Part shown: positions 38,675 through 52,443 of the stretch, piece after piece
Layout of the letters: every line of letters begins with the position of its first letter
Numbering within the stretch: position 1 is the stretch's first letter
NCBI GenBank assembly: GCA_951406725.2
Contig: OX597815.1
Location: 46,314,001-46,378,000, forward strand
Reading direction: 5' to 3'
Length of the DNA stretch: 64,000 nucleotides
DNA from: Octopus vulgaris
Lineage: Eukaryota
The notes under the pieces: generated by a model
The model's input: the letters and a program-made list of their open reading frames with translations, nothing else
What the model was told of the DNA's origin: nothing
The model's database searches: none
Position numbers and translations under genes: made by a program

Positions 38675-39923
38675 TTGAGCCATGCCATAAATTATGCGGT
38701 TTTTTAATACTAATTTTATTTTTCAAAATTAAGATAAAGTTGTTTTTTTTAATCTAAAATATACTCTCCTTCATTTTCTACAATGCTCTTCTATCTACCT
38801 GGTAGACTTGCAACGCACCTCTTCCAAAATTCACTAGTCCGCGACGAAAAATATTCCTCCAGTACTGTTCTGACCCCGTCTACAGAATTCATATTTTTTC
38901 CGTCCAAATGATTTTGAAGACTGCGGAATGAATGATAATCAGATGGGACAACCTTCGGGTAATATGGTGCGTGTGTCCCATTCAAACTGCTCCAGCCTTT
39001 GGAATGTCATCCTCGCTGTATGTGACCGAGCATTATCCTGATGGAAGAACACCTTTCGTCTTGAAACCAAAAATGGTCGTTTTTCTTCTAGCGCTGGCTT
39101 AAGCCGCTCTCGCTGCTCGCAGTAGATCTCCTTCGTTATCCTTTGGTTTAGGTTTAATAGTTCAAAGTGGACTAAACCTTTCATATCCCACCAACAGATA
39201 GCAACATCTTCTTCAGCTTGGAATGTCGGTGTTTCTCCTTTCCCTACCTACTGTCTTCGGTGCTTGACATTTTTATAGAGAACCATTTTCTCGTCACCCG
39301 TTACTATTCGGTTCAAAAAAGGTTCATTCGGGAAACGTGACAGCAAAGAACACACATTCACTCTCTGCGCGCGATTAGATTCGGAAAGTTTGTGAGGAAC
39401 CTATTGACCCAATTTTCTGACTTTTGCGATGGCACGCAGGTGTCGATGAATGGTTGAATTACAAAATCCAAGATTCTCTGCTACTTCCTCAACAGTTACG
39501 AAGAGATTTTCTTCCACCAGGGTTTTCAGGACGTCCTCGTCGAGCTCTACAGATCTTCCAGCACGTGGCTCGTCTTCTAAGGTGTAGTTTCCGGCTCGGA
39601 ATTTCTGAAACCACCGTTGACACCAGCTTACACTTATTGTCTGATCCTCATATACTGCACTTTCCCTGCATTTCCCCGTATGTTGTTGCCTTTATTGAAC
39701 TCAAAAAAAATATGCCGAAAATGCTCCTTTGTCACTTCTATTATAGCTTTGAAAAAATAACTATAAAAATCAAGCTGCACTCTTCAAAACTTGCACTAAG
39801 AATAAGTACAAGGTTAACTTACTACCTGCTTTTATAGCAAGTTGATGCAGGTAGTTTATCCCGTCCCCCTCCGACTTTTAGCTTATGCATTTGAAAAACC
39901 GCATTATTTATGGGCTGATCCAA
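38675..39923 (-). mobile_element. Full-length decayed mariner transposon
   Basis: Imperfect TIRs TTGAGCCATGCCATAAATTATGCGGTTTTT / TTGGATCAGCCCATAAATAATGCGGTTTTT with TA TSD; transposase motifs *VPH, IVTGDEK, FHQDNARSH and PSDYHSFRSLQNHL, with frameshifts. Confidence 0.9.
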
Positions 39924-40004
39924 TATGTGTGTGTGTGTATGTATGTATGTATGTATGTATGTATGTATGTATGTATGTATGTATGTATGTATGTATGTAT
40001 GTAT

Positions 40005-40437
40005 GATTTTTCTTCGAGTTTCATTTATGTTCTTCCTGACAGAGTTCAAGCCGGTTCCTAACAAAGCAACAAGATTTTTGAGTCAAGAGAGTTCCTGATT
40101 TTTGTGAATATGTGGTTGAGTTAGTGTGTTGGTTGAACTATCGATGCATACGCCGAAGTGTGTGCATCTATTCATATAAGAATCTCAGATGGAGAATTTT
40201 GGGGGATATCTTACAAATCTTCACTGTGCCACTAACAGGTTTGATTGGGAGAATACGCATCAGTTTCTGTTACTCTTTTTCCGTGAACAAGAGTATTTCT
40301 AGGTTTTAGTGCAAATTTTTTGGCACATAACCTAATGCATCTGTGATAATAGATAAAAATGAGACTACATAGTCAGGGTACAAGAGATGCAAGTTGCGCA
40401 TTAATTCACCTTAAATGTTAAATTTTTTCCTAGACTA
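40005..40437 (-). mobile_element. 3' end of a restriction-like-endonuclease LINE (R4/Dong-like) in (TATG)n
   Basis: Translates to MRNLHLLYPDYVVSFLSIITDALGYVPKNL*...SGTVKICK, resembling RLE-LINE ORF C-termini; 89 bp duplicated at 38558-38646. Confidence 0.55.
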
Positions 40438-41165
40438 CATATATGTATGTATATATAATGTATGTATGTATGTATGTATGTATGTATGTATGTATGTATG
40501 TATGTATGTATGTATGTGTATACAATGTATGTATGTATGTATGTATGTGTATACAATGTATGTATGTATGTATGTATGTATGTATGTATGTATGTATGTA
40601 TGTATGTGTATACAATGTATGTATGTATGCACACATGTGTATGTATGCATACATTTAGGCTAACGTTACATTTAGTAAACATTCTAATACTGGAGTTCCA
40701 TTTCCCGCGTTTGTTCAAGCTCACACACACACGCAAATACATTGATGCGTTTGTATGTAAGCGCGTAAGCATCTATGTAGATATATGTAAGGGCAATGTT
40801 TATTAATTGTCTACTCAAATTTATCAGTTATTAGCCACACTTATCTCAGGCTTTTCATTAGCCTTCAAGTGTTACTAGCTTCTTTTCTTATTTATCTGTT
40901 GTTTGGTGTCGTTAATTAGGTGAAACCGAGGTTGTATTTACCACGTACAGTATATCAGGCACAATACGTGCTTCTGTGCACACACACACAAGCATACACA
41001 CACACAAACACGTGTACATATATAAATGTATACATACATACTTACATACATACACACATATATAAACTCATTCATGTGTGTGTATGCTTACAAACATATA
41101 TTTATGCATATATAAATATATTTACACACACACACATACGCACATATATATATACATACATACAT

Positions 41166-41220
<55 letters not shown>

Positions 41221-41347
41221 TACATGTAAAAAGGGTTATATACACATATCTAAAGATGTGTATATATACTTTTATATATGTATACATATATATATACATA
41301 TATATATACATATATGCATTATACACATACATACATACATACATACA

Positions 41348-41383
<36 letters not shown>

Positions 41384-42210
41384 TTTATATATATATAGGA
41401 ATATCTATACACATATACATACCGTATGTGTGTGTGTGCATATTTGCGGGTATGCGTGTGTGTATAAGTGTCTGTATGTATGCGTGTGAATATGTGTGTC
41501 TGCATTATCATGAGTGTATATATGTGTGTATATGTCGATGTACAATCAACTATTTCTAAAGTCATTAGCGTTAATTGTTATCTCGTCAGTTAAATGTTAT
41601 CAAGTCAGATTATCAAAATTATTACTTCCACAAGCGTAGGTAGAGCTTCGCAGAGTCTTTTTCTTCTTACTGTAAACCATACTTTCGCTACAGTGCAGTG
41701 TGAGTGGTGGTCACTAAGTGGATGTTTTGATAATTACCTTAATTTACCTGATAGATAAAGTGAACTAATTTCCTCATATCTGCGTGCGTATGTGCATGTG
41801 TGTGTGTGAGTGTGGTATTTGTGTGTTTGTGTGTATGTGTGTGTGTGTAGGTGTGTATGTGTTTATATTTATATATGTATACACATATGTATGTATGCAT
41901 ACATATATATGTGTGTATATATACATATATATATACATAAATATAACCATGTAAATGTATATATATATATATCTACGCTTGTGTATGTGTATATATATAT
42001 ATATGTACATATATATATACATATATGTATATATATGTACATACGTATACATGCACACACTTACATACATTGATACATTTATGCTTGTGTGTGTGTATAC
42101 ATGTATGTTTGGTTTGTGCGCGTGTATGATTTTGGGAGAAAGTTAGAAAAGTGATTCAAATCCTGGTAGTTTCGTGTATGGTGCTTATCATGGAATTCTG
42201 AGCCCTTCAG

Positions 42211-44104
42211 CCCGGAAAACTCATATCGGATAAATCATACCTGGACAATTGATATATAGGACAACTCATAAAAGATTTAATTTTGAAAGAAATATCAAGT
42301 AAGAATAAAATAACAAATATTAAAAGAAAAACATTTTTGGTGCGGTGGGGGCGGCGAACAATGAACAGTAAAAACATTAAAGTCTGTCAATTTATAAAGA
42401 ATTTACTAAAACTGAGTCTTAGTGCAGATTATATGCCACAGTTTTTAAGAAAGACATTTTCTGGCAAGGACCATACATTTCAAGTAAAGTTATCAGTCAT
42501 TTACTTCTGTCTTTGTAAACCTGTTTTGAAGTTATTTGCACTCCCAGTTCCAAATCATTTTTCTTTTTCTGCGCCAAAATCGCTTCCAACTTTAGTGTAT
42601 GTATTAATTTCCAGATATTTGGATGTTGGCATGAAATTGAATTTTATAACGTATTATGAAAACCTTCAAGGCTATTATTAGTTCTAGTCATGCCAATTGA
42701 AGTCCTCTCTCAAATATTCCATATTTCAATTGGAATTATTGGAGCCAGATGACGTCTTGTAACACCTCTTCCTTTTTCGGGTCCTATTTTCGAGTCCACT
42801 TCAAAATACGACAGAAATCCTTGTTGCAAAGTATCGTCGTCGGACAGATCTTCGTATGTAACAATAACATTAGTCGCTGGTGAAAAAGCAAGTGCTGTAA
42901 AGTACTTTATCTATCATATTAGACTTTATGACCTAGCTCGACAAGTTTTCGGTTGAGATTTTGAAAAAAATTAAATAAACAAACAGTTACCGCCATGTCA
43001 GGAAATCTTGAAATAAGGCTACTCATGGGGACTTTTTTGAAGTCCATCATATACCTTTTAGGCTGAATATCTGGGCGAAGAGCAACTAGCTGATAAAACA
43101 ATCGATCATAATTTGCTTGTCACCTTGTTGGGTAACAATACGAAAACAAGAGGTACATTCAAATTACCTATTTGAATGCTGATTGGTAATATATAGACGG
43201 ACAAGCTTTAAAAGTGCCATCACCTGGCCAATCACGAATTTTAACATGATTATCCAGCCCTGTTGATGAGGCGAAAATTAGCATTCTTTCCTTATCTTCT
43301 ACGCCAGTATCATATTGCAACAATACTTGCCTTGATTCAAATTTGCAGTACTCTAGCGGAATATCAAAACAATATCTTTCTGATGGAATATGGAGATCAC
43401 TACTATTCTGCTGTCGCCACCGACGAATACTTCGTGATAAACTTGATGTTGCTGGCAGTCCAGCCAACGCCTCATCTTGCAGAGAAGAACATTCTGTCGC
43501 AGTCACAATTCTCGCGGTCTCTTTTTGATGACAAGGCTTTTGCTTTTATAGAACCGAGGATAATTATCGATTTCCCTTTATTCACATCAGCGCTGTGAAA
43601 GTGTTCTCCTGTTGAAGATGCTATTTCTAATGGGTCCTCAACCATCGTCTGAACGCGCGCTCCGCACATCTTTACTTCACGTAGCCACACTTTTCTTGAT
43701 TTATCTGCATTCTCTCTGTGAAGATTATATACGTAGTTATTATCATCCACAAGCTTATTATCTCCTCGCTGAGATTTATATAATATGGCATTGAGAGGGC
43801 CAAAGAAAATTTTAAAACAGTTGAAAAGTTGACAAGTACAAAACCAACTGACTTGATAAGTACAAAATATGAAAATAGAACAATTTCATCGAAAAGCTAT
43901 GACGACCGTTTGTGAGTTGTTTGCTGGACGAACAGTAACTAACATGAACTATGTTAGCCTAAAAGCTAAAAACATGCCATTTTACTTTATCAATAACTGT
44001 ATTTGAGTGGGTTATTTCTTTTAAGGGAAAATTTTTATACTTGTTATAAATTGTCCATGATATCAATTGATCAGGTATTTGTAGTCAGATATGAGTTTTC
44101 CGGG
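42211..44104 (-). mobile_element. Decayed Mutator-like (MULE) transposon with FLYWCH domain
   Basis: TIRs starting CCCGGAAAACTCATATC at both ends; ORF fragments YVYNLHREN...VWLREVKMCGARVQT...HFH (FLYWCH-like), WPGDGTFKACPSIYYQ and MMDFKK...CLFNFFQ (MULE motifs). Confidence 0.85.
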
Positions 44105-44269
44105 AATGAGGTGTCATGGTATCTTTTGCATTAAAACCATATATACTCATGTATTGAGCTCTATTTCTCCTGCTCGTTAATTTCCCCTTCCATAACCCCG
44201 TCTCCTATTTTCTTCACCATGACACGCCCTTGAAACAGCAACTGATAGTGTTTACATTTACACAGGCTC

Positions 44270-44640
44270 GAACAGGAAAATGCTAGTTTGTATCAGCCGA
44301 GAACTAAACACAAAGTAAGCGAAGTACTCATCAAAAGCATGATGTTTGCAGATGGCGGAGCACACACAAGAAACAACAGCAACACAGAAAGGACAATTTT
44401 AGATGATGTCTTCGGTTTGACCATCAGTGTGTTGAGACATAGTTTGAGCCACTCACCTATCATTACAATCAGCAACTGCGAGCGTGAGATAAAACTAGTT
44501 GAAATAAGTATTTTTTCATCACTGAGGAAAACTTTGCGTGAGAGTCTCAGTGAAGAAAACTTATTTGAAGAGCAGCGTCAATACAAGTTATGCTTACTGC
44601 AAGAGTCTAGAAGGACGGTATGCTAACAGCACGCCGCAGA
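44270..44640 (+). pseudogene. Decayed RTE-clade LINE RT fragment
   Basis: RTKHKVSEVLIKSMMFADG resembles RTE LIRELLFADD; FGLTIS motif follows. Confidence 0.5.
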
Positions 44641-44931
44641 TTTGCAGTCTACGTAGCTCTTTAGCACACAGATTTATGGCAGAGTAAGCTGGAACATCAA
44701 CTCCAAAGAAGAGGGGCTGCTCGATGTCTTTACCTCCGTAGCTTCAAGCAGTTTCTGAACATCGGGAAACTGGTTGTGTCACCAACACTGTAGAGCTGGT
44801 TCACGTGCAGATACGCAGCCAGCCAATTCATCCAATTGCAATGAGGACACCTTCACGGACATGGTTCTTTTAACATACCGAACTACTTGGTAAAATTATT
44901 AATTATTAATTAAATAGTTAATTTTACTCTT

Positions 44932-45014
<83 letters not shown>

Positions 45015-45028
45015 TGTGTGTGTGTGTG

Positions 45029-45082
45029 TAACAAAGTGAAGTTGTACGGTACCGCACGAGTGGTATATATATATATATATTG

Positions 45083-45177
<95 letters not shown>

Positions 45178-45208
45178 CACTCGTGCGGTACCGTACAACT
45201 TCACTTTG

Positions 45209-45211
<3 letters not shown>
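45029..45211. repeat. Perfect 36-bp inverted repeat enclosing (TA)n
   Basis: TAACAAAGTGAAGTTGTACGGTACCGCACGAGTGGT (45029-45064) and its exact reverse complement (45176-45211). Confidence 0.95.
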
Positions 45212-45262
<51 letters not shown>

Positions 45263-45345
45263 CATATGTGTATATATACGTATATCTATATGCATATGTA
45301 TTATTTATGTACCTCTGTGTGTTTGTGTATGCACTTGCATCTGTA

Positions 45346-45402
<57 letters not shown>

Positions 45403-45790
45403 CAGCAGCAGCAGCAGCAGTGTATTGCTACATCGTGGTAACAAACTATCTTATCTATAGACTAGGTAGAGCTTATTTTACGATAACGTTAACACAGAAC
45501 AGATTCTGCGAGATTTCTGTTCGTAAGCCACGTTCTTCTCATATAATACGTGTTTCCGCCAAGATAACGTTAAACAGCTAGTTCACTTTGATTATCATGT
45601 CGTAGACGCCGATGGGATAGGAGATGGGCGGTGGAGGTGAGATACTAATAATAACAAGGTGATAACCACGATAATTGTAATATTGATGAAGACAATGTAC
45701 ATGACGACGAATATGACGGCAACAACCGCGAAGACAGGGTAACGAAGACGACGTTGGCGACATCGGCGAAGATAGCAGCGATGATGATAA

Positions 45791-45822
<32 letters not shown>

Positions 45823-46614
45823 ATGAGGATGATGTATGTGTGTGTGTATGTGTGTGTAGAGTGAGAGAGAAATGGGAAGGGAGAAACGCTACAGTGTATA
45901 TAATATAAAATATATATAAATAATATATATATAATATATATACATACAGCGGTGGTGCCCCAGCATGGCCGCTGCCTCCGGGCTAAAACATTTTTAAGGA
46001 TTTAAGGATATATACATATATATATATACATATTTATATACATACATGTATTCATAAATACATATACACACACATATACATACACATTTTATATACATAC
46101 ATATGTGTGCATGTATTTTTGACGCATATATGCATGTATATATACATATATTTGTAGGAATGTACATATGTGTATGTATATTTGCATATATATATATATA
46201 AGTTGTATTAACGAAATCAATCCAAGCAGTGATATTTTGGTATCACTTAATGTGTATGTTTAAAATTTACGTAATACATAATAGATAATGCATTCATTAC
46301 ATAAACCTTCCCCAGTTAAAGCATTTCAAAGTATTTCGAAATGATATCAAAATATATCAGCTTATTATTATTATTCGCTTTCTCTTCCTTATTATAACTA
46401 ATACTACTCGATGGTAATACAAAAAGACCGGTGTTGGCTCCATTTAAACGGATAGTCTAACAAAAACTTGGAGTATTTTGTCATATTCGAGCGTAGGCTC
46501 GAAAAGTTTCGAAGCGTTTTGAGCGTACGCTCTTCGACAGAGAGGACTGAGAGGAAGAAAACCGGAGAGAGAAAAAATGCTCACAACACACACACATACA
46601 CACACACACACACA

Positions 46615-47171
46615 CATCATCATCATCATTGTTCGACCGTGGTCGAGACAATGGAATTTACCATGTTGCGCCAGACTTCACGGTCCATCATAGCATTACG
46701 GAGGTCCTGTTGCTGGATGCCTGTATCCCTGGAGATTACATCAGGGTAGGAGAGTGTGCGCCCTCTGGTGTTGCGAGTAGATGGCTTCCAGAGGAGAAGA
46801 GTAGAAATTACTTCTTTTTCAGCTCTACAACAATGTCCAGCAAACTGGACTCTCCTACCCTTCACAAGAGATGACACAGGTGGTAATTTCCCATATATTT
46901 GCATTTTAGTTGGATGGCGCCTCCACGAGAGATTTTGAGCTCTCATAAGGAGGCGAGTGTAGGTTCCATCCAACCGCCTCTCAAGCTTCTTTGATAACGT
47001 CCAGGTTTCTGAGCCATATAGTAGGATTGGTTCGACTGTGGCTTTGAATATTTCAAGTTTGAAGTCTCTACTTAGATTTGATGACCAGATCTTATGCATG
47101 TCATTACAGGCTGACCAGGCCATACCCTTTCTAGTTAGAAAGTCTTTTCCAGATGATGATATGTATGACCC
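46615..47171 (-). mobile_element. 5'-truncated RTE-clade LINE, with open C-terminal ORF and (TGA)n tail
   Basis: [11 protein letters not shown]...FKATVEPILLYGSETWTL...FAGHCCRA...AMMDREVWR; ORF runs directly into a TGA-repeat tail; inserted between (CA)n and (TACA)n. Confidence 0.88.
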
Positions 47172-47234
47172 ACACACATACATACATACATACATACATA
47201 CATACATACATACATACATACATACATACATACA

Positions 47235-47266
<32 letters not shown>

Positions 47267-47489
47267 AATATATATATATATGTCCTAAAGTTGATGAATC
47301 AACTATTGTGTTTCTCCATTTTCTTATTTGCAATATATATATCGACAGAATAAGATCGACAGAATAAGTACCAGGCTTTAAAAAAGTACTGGAGTCGATA
47401 CCTCTGACTATAAATTTAAGGCGGTGCCCCAGCATGGCCGCAGTCTAATGACTGAAACAATTAAGAGATAATAGCTAAAAGATATATAT

Positions 47490-47631
47490 ATAGAAGCTTG
47501 CTTCCCAACCACATGGTTCCGGGTTCAGTCTCACTACGTGGCACTGTGGGCCAGTGTCTTCTACTATAGCCTCATGCCGAACACAGCCTTGTGAGTGGAT
47601 TTGGTAGACGGAAATTGAAGGAAGCCCGTCG

Positions 47632-47670
<39 letters not shown>

Positions 47671-47891
47671 TTGTGTGTGGGGGGAAGGGGGTGTCTGTGT
47701 TTGTCCCCTCACCATCGCTTGACAACCGATGCTGGTCTGTTCATGTGCCTGAAACTTAGTGGTTCGTCAAAAGAGCTCGATAGAATAATTCCTAGGGTTC
47801 CAAAGAATAAGTCCTGGGGTCGATTTCTTCGGGTAAATGTGCTGCTCCAGCATGACCACAGTCACATGACTGAACAAGTAAAAGAATAAAA

Positions 47892-47895
<4 letters not shown>
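47490..47895 (+). mobile_element. SINE family B (preceded by an isolated family B tail at ~47345-47480)
   Basis: Homology to reference copy. Confidence 0.8.
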
Positions 47896-47968
<73 letters not shown>

Positions 47969-47989
47969 GAGAGAGAGAGAGAGAGATAG

Positions 47990-48066
<77 letters not shown>

Positions 48067-48469
48067 TGGAGAGCAGTAAAACGAAAGAAATAAAGTAGAA
48101 TAGCAAGGAAGAAGAATATGTCGGTGAGTAGTGGCTTTTGGATCAGATATGGTGCGAAAGATATCAGGACGTGTCTGTTAGAAATGTCGCCGTGATACTT
48201 TCAGTAGCTGTTTGCCTGTCAAATGTGGGGTTTCAGGGAAACAACCAACGGCTTTTCTAACTGACAATTACTTCCGGCAACTGTTTCAGTATGGTGGCAG
48301 TTCTATTTATTTATTTATTTATTTATTTATTTTACTCACTTAAATCAACTGTGCGGACTTACAAACTGAAAATAGCCTTGCCCATAAAAATGTCTCTAGT
48401 TCATCTTTTGACCTTTTTACAAATAGCAGCCTTATCTCTCTTATGTCACGCAGTACAGTGTTTAATAAT

Positions 48470-49276
48470 CATTTTTACTATAGGCACAAGGCCTGAAATT
48501 TGGAGGAGGGTGATAGTCGATTACATCGACCACAGTACTCCACTGGTACTTAATTTATCGATCCTGAAAAGATGAACGGCAAAGTCGACCTCGGTGGAAT
48601 TTGAACTCAGAACGTAGCGACGGGTGAAATACTTATTTCTTTATTACCCACAAGGGGCTAAACATAGAGGGGACAAACAAGGACAGACATAGGTATTAAG
48701 TCGATTACATCGACCTCAGTGCGTAACTGGTACTTAATTTATCGATCCTGAAAAGATGAACGGCAAAGTCGACCTCGGTGAAATTTGAACAAAGAACGTA
48801 GCGACGGGTGAAATACCTATTTCTTTACTACCCACAAGGGGCTAAACACAGAGAGGACAAACAAGGACAGACAGACAGATTAAGTCGATTATATCGACCC
48901 CAGCGCGTAACTGGTACTTATTTAATCGACCCCGAAAGGATGAAAGGTAAAGTCGACCTCGGCGGAATTTGAACTCAGAACGTAACGACGGGTGAAATAC
49001 CGCTAAGCATTTCATCTAGCGTGTTAACGATTCTGCCAGTTCGCCGCCTGTACAGTGTTTAATAATGGTTTCGAATTTCAACAGAATGTTGGGGAAGGGG
49101 GCTTTAGTCGATTACATCAACTCCATTATTTTACCTGTACTTTGTTTTATCCACCTGGAAAGGATGAAAGGCAAAGTTGGCCTGGGTGAGATTTGGACCC
49201 AGAACGTATAGAGTCGGAGGAATTTCTGCTAAGTATTTTGTTCTACGTGTTGAAGTGTCTGCCAGCTGGTCTCCTT
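48470..49276 (-). mobile_element. SINE family A trimer (48470-49049) plus adjacent older copy (49067-49276)
   Basis: TSD GTACAGTGTTTAATAAT at 48453-48469 and 49050-49066; GTGTTTAATAATGG again at ~49280. Confidence 0.85.
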
Positions 49277-49475
49277 ACCGTGTTTAATAATGGAACGACA
49301 TATTGGGTAGTCTACTAAGAATTAAAGCGTGTAAAAAAAGAAAAGGAAATGGTTGCAGTTCGTATAAAAAGCCTTCGATCCAGCGACGTAGCAAGACTTC
49401 TCAGTGCTGGGAAGCAAAGACAGTTTTGGCGTTTCGACTTTAATTAATAAGCATGATACACTAGGAAAAATTAAC

Positions 49476-49915
49476 GGCGCAGGAGTGGCTGTGTGGTAAG
49501 GCGTACGAGTGGCTGTGTGGTAAGTAGCTTGCTTACCAACCAGATGGTTCTGGGTTCAATCCCACTGCGTGACACCTTGGGCAAGTGTCTTCTACTATAG
49601 CCTCAGACCAACCAAAGTCTTGTAAGTGGATTTGGTAGACGGAAACTGAAAGAAGCCCGTTGTATATATGTATGTATATATGTATGTATATATGTATGTG
49701 TGTATGTGTTTGTGTGTCTGTGTTTGCCCCTCACCCTCAACATCGCTTGACAACTGATGCTGGTGTGTTTACGTCCCCGTAACTTAGCGGTTCGGCAAAA
49801 GAGACCGATAGAATAAGTACTAGGCTTACAAGGATTAAGTCCTGGGGTCGATTTGCTCGACTAAAGGCGGTGATCCAGCATGGACTCAGTCAAATGACTG
49901 AAACAAGTAAAAGAG
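49476..49915 (+). mobile_element. SINE family B with duplicated 5' head
   Basis: GAGTGGCTGTGTGGTAAG occurs twice at the start; complete tail. Confidence 0.88.
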
Positions 49916-51186
49916 GTGGGTTTCTTTCAGTTTCTGTCTACCAAATCTACTCACGAGGTTTTGGTCGGCCCGTCGATATTGCAGAAGGCACTTGCCAAAG
50001 GTGCCACGCAGTGAGATTGAACACTGAACTATGTGGCTTTGAAGCAAACTTCTTACCACACATCCACAAGCTGGTAGTGATACGGAACGTTACCTATAAA
50101 TCATATTGCTGTGATAACTGTGTACTCCAAATTTGGTGCCATTTCATCAATTGTACCAGTACTCTTTGAGCTAGGGTGTGTCTCTAGTGTAGCCTGTTAG
50201 GTCGTTGCATGTTAATACAGATCGGCAGTTAACTAAATCAACCCAACATATGATTGGTACTTTATTTTATCAAATCCAAATTGATGAAAACGCAATGTTG
50301 ATATCGACAAGATTTGAACTCAGAACGGCAAACTACCATACTTTAAACACTAAAACCAATGTTGATTACTGCAACAGCTGAGAGTCTTTTGCACCTAGTC
50401 CCCTGGTATAAAATATATAATTTCCATTTCACCATGACCAAATACGAAAAAATTGGAGCACGCTGCTGTCCTTGGCGTTGAAGAATACAAAAAGCAATGA
50501 AGTGACGGCACCATTATGTATACGGGATTAACAAAAGTCAAGAAAGTCACTTCATCTGTAAATATATTTACAATCTAGGCGACGCCATCTTTTCTTCATA
50601 ATTTCTTGCTGTCTTCTTTTTATGTTTCTTATTATTCATGTTTGCTTATTTGAATTTTATTTTTTGTATTCTTAGTATTTTTATAGACAGCCTGAAGTTT
50701 CTGACACATTTTATTTTGCCATTAGACGTTATGTTTTTAGATTTCAAGGTAATTTTTGACTTCTCGCAGTACGTATGTTCATTTACGTCTTAAATTGGTG
50801 TCTATAATATACATACATACATTAATATATATATATATTTATATATATATTATATATATGATATGCATGTATGTATATATATATATACATATATGTATAT
50901 ATGTATATATGTATATGTATATATTTATATATGCATATGTTTATATATATATATATAGGTATTTATATATATGTATATAGATACGTATATATATATATAT
51001 ATGTATATAGATATGTATATACGTGTATATGTATATATATATGTATACATCTATATATACATACATATATACATGTATATATATACACATATATATATAC
51101 ATATATATACACATATATACATATATATATATACATGTATATATACGTATATATATATATATATATGCATATATACATATATACAC

Positions 51187-51222
<36 letters not shown>

Positions 51223-51443
51223 GTACACATATACATACATACATATTGTATGTATGTATGAATGTGTATATATCCTGAATGTATGCGTGCGTGTAGGAGA
51301 GAGAGGTTGTTTGGTGAGAAGATAACGAGAAAAAGAGAGGGTAAATAAGTGAGACGACTAAATAGGCATTATATATAAACCTAATTCACTGGCCTAGACG
51401 ATATCATTGCGAGACACACGTATTTCAGGACGCCTGTCTCCAG

Positions 51444-51483
<40 letters not shown>

Positions 51484-51889
51484 CATACACACAGACATAC
51501 ACACACAAATACACACACACACACACACTCACACACACACAAAATCATCTGTCTTTACATGTATATGCATGTATACCTATATATGTTTATAAGTATACAC
51601 GTGTATATATGGATATATATGAATATATAGAGATAGATATAAGTATAGTTGCTATGTATGTATGCATGTGTATATATATATATATGTGTATGTATGTTTG
51701 TGTGGAGAGATAGATAGAAGATAGATAGACAGATAGATGGATAGATAGATAAGTATAGGTATATATACATATGTATGTGTATATATATATATATATATAT
51801 ATGATATATATATATCCATATATGTAAGAAATATACATATAAATATCCATATATACATAAATATATCTGTGTGTCTGTGTGAGAATGTG

Positions 51890-51944
<55 letters not shown>

Positions 51945-52443
51945 AAATTCAAGAACAAATAGAAAAAGGAAAAAAACAACCTAAGTCAATTGGACGTATA
52001 TTGAATATATGTGATCGACACTCGATGAAATTTTGTGCTGTATATATGTATACATGTATATGTGTGTGTGTGTGTGTGTGTTTGTGTGTCTGTGTCTGTG
52101 TGCGTTTGTGTGTGCATGTGTGTGTGTATATACATGTTCTTGAGTAAGTGTTCATGTATACATGTGTACATACATACTTACACACTAACAGAGTAGTCCA
52201 AGGTTCTAGAGTTTCGTGCGTTGGCACTTCTGTAACTAGTCACAGGTCGAAGGACTGTAGATTTATACAGTTGCTGATAAAAACCCACAGGCCTTCGATT
52301 GTGACTAGTTTGATATGTGCCAACGCTCGAAACACTCAGACCTTGAGTCACTCTGTTACTAAATATCAACAAATATCAAAAAAAAAAAAACAAATACTCA
52401 TATATTGAGGGGTTTTTATTGCATCAACATACCTGTATGTATG

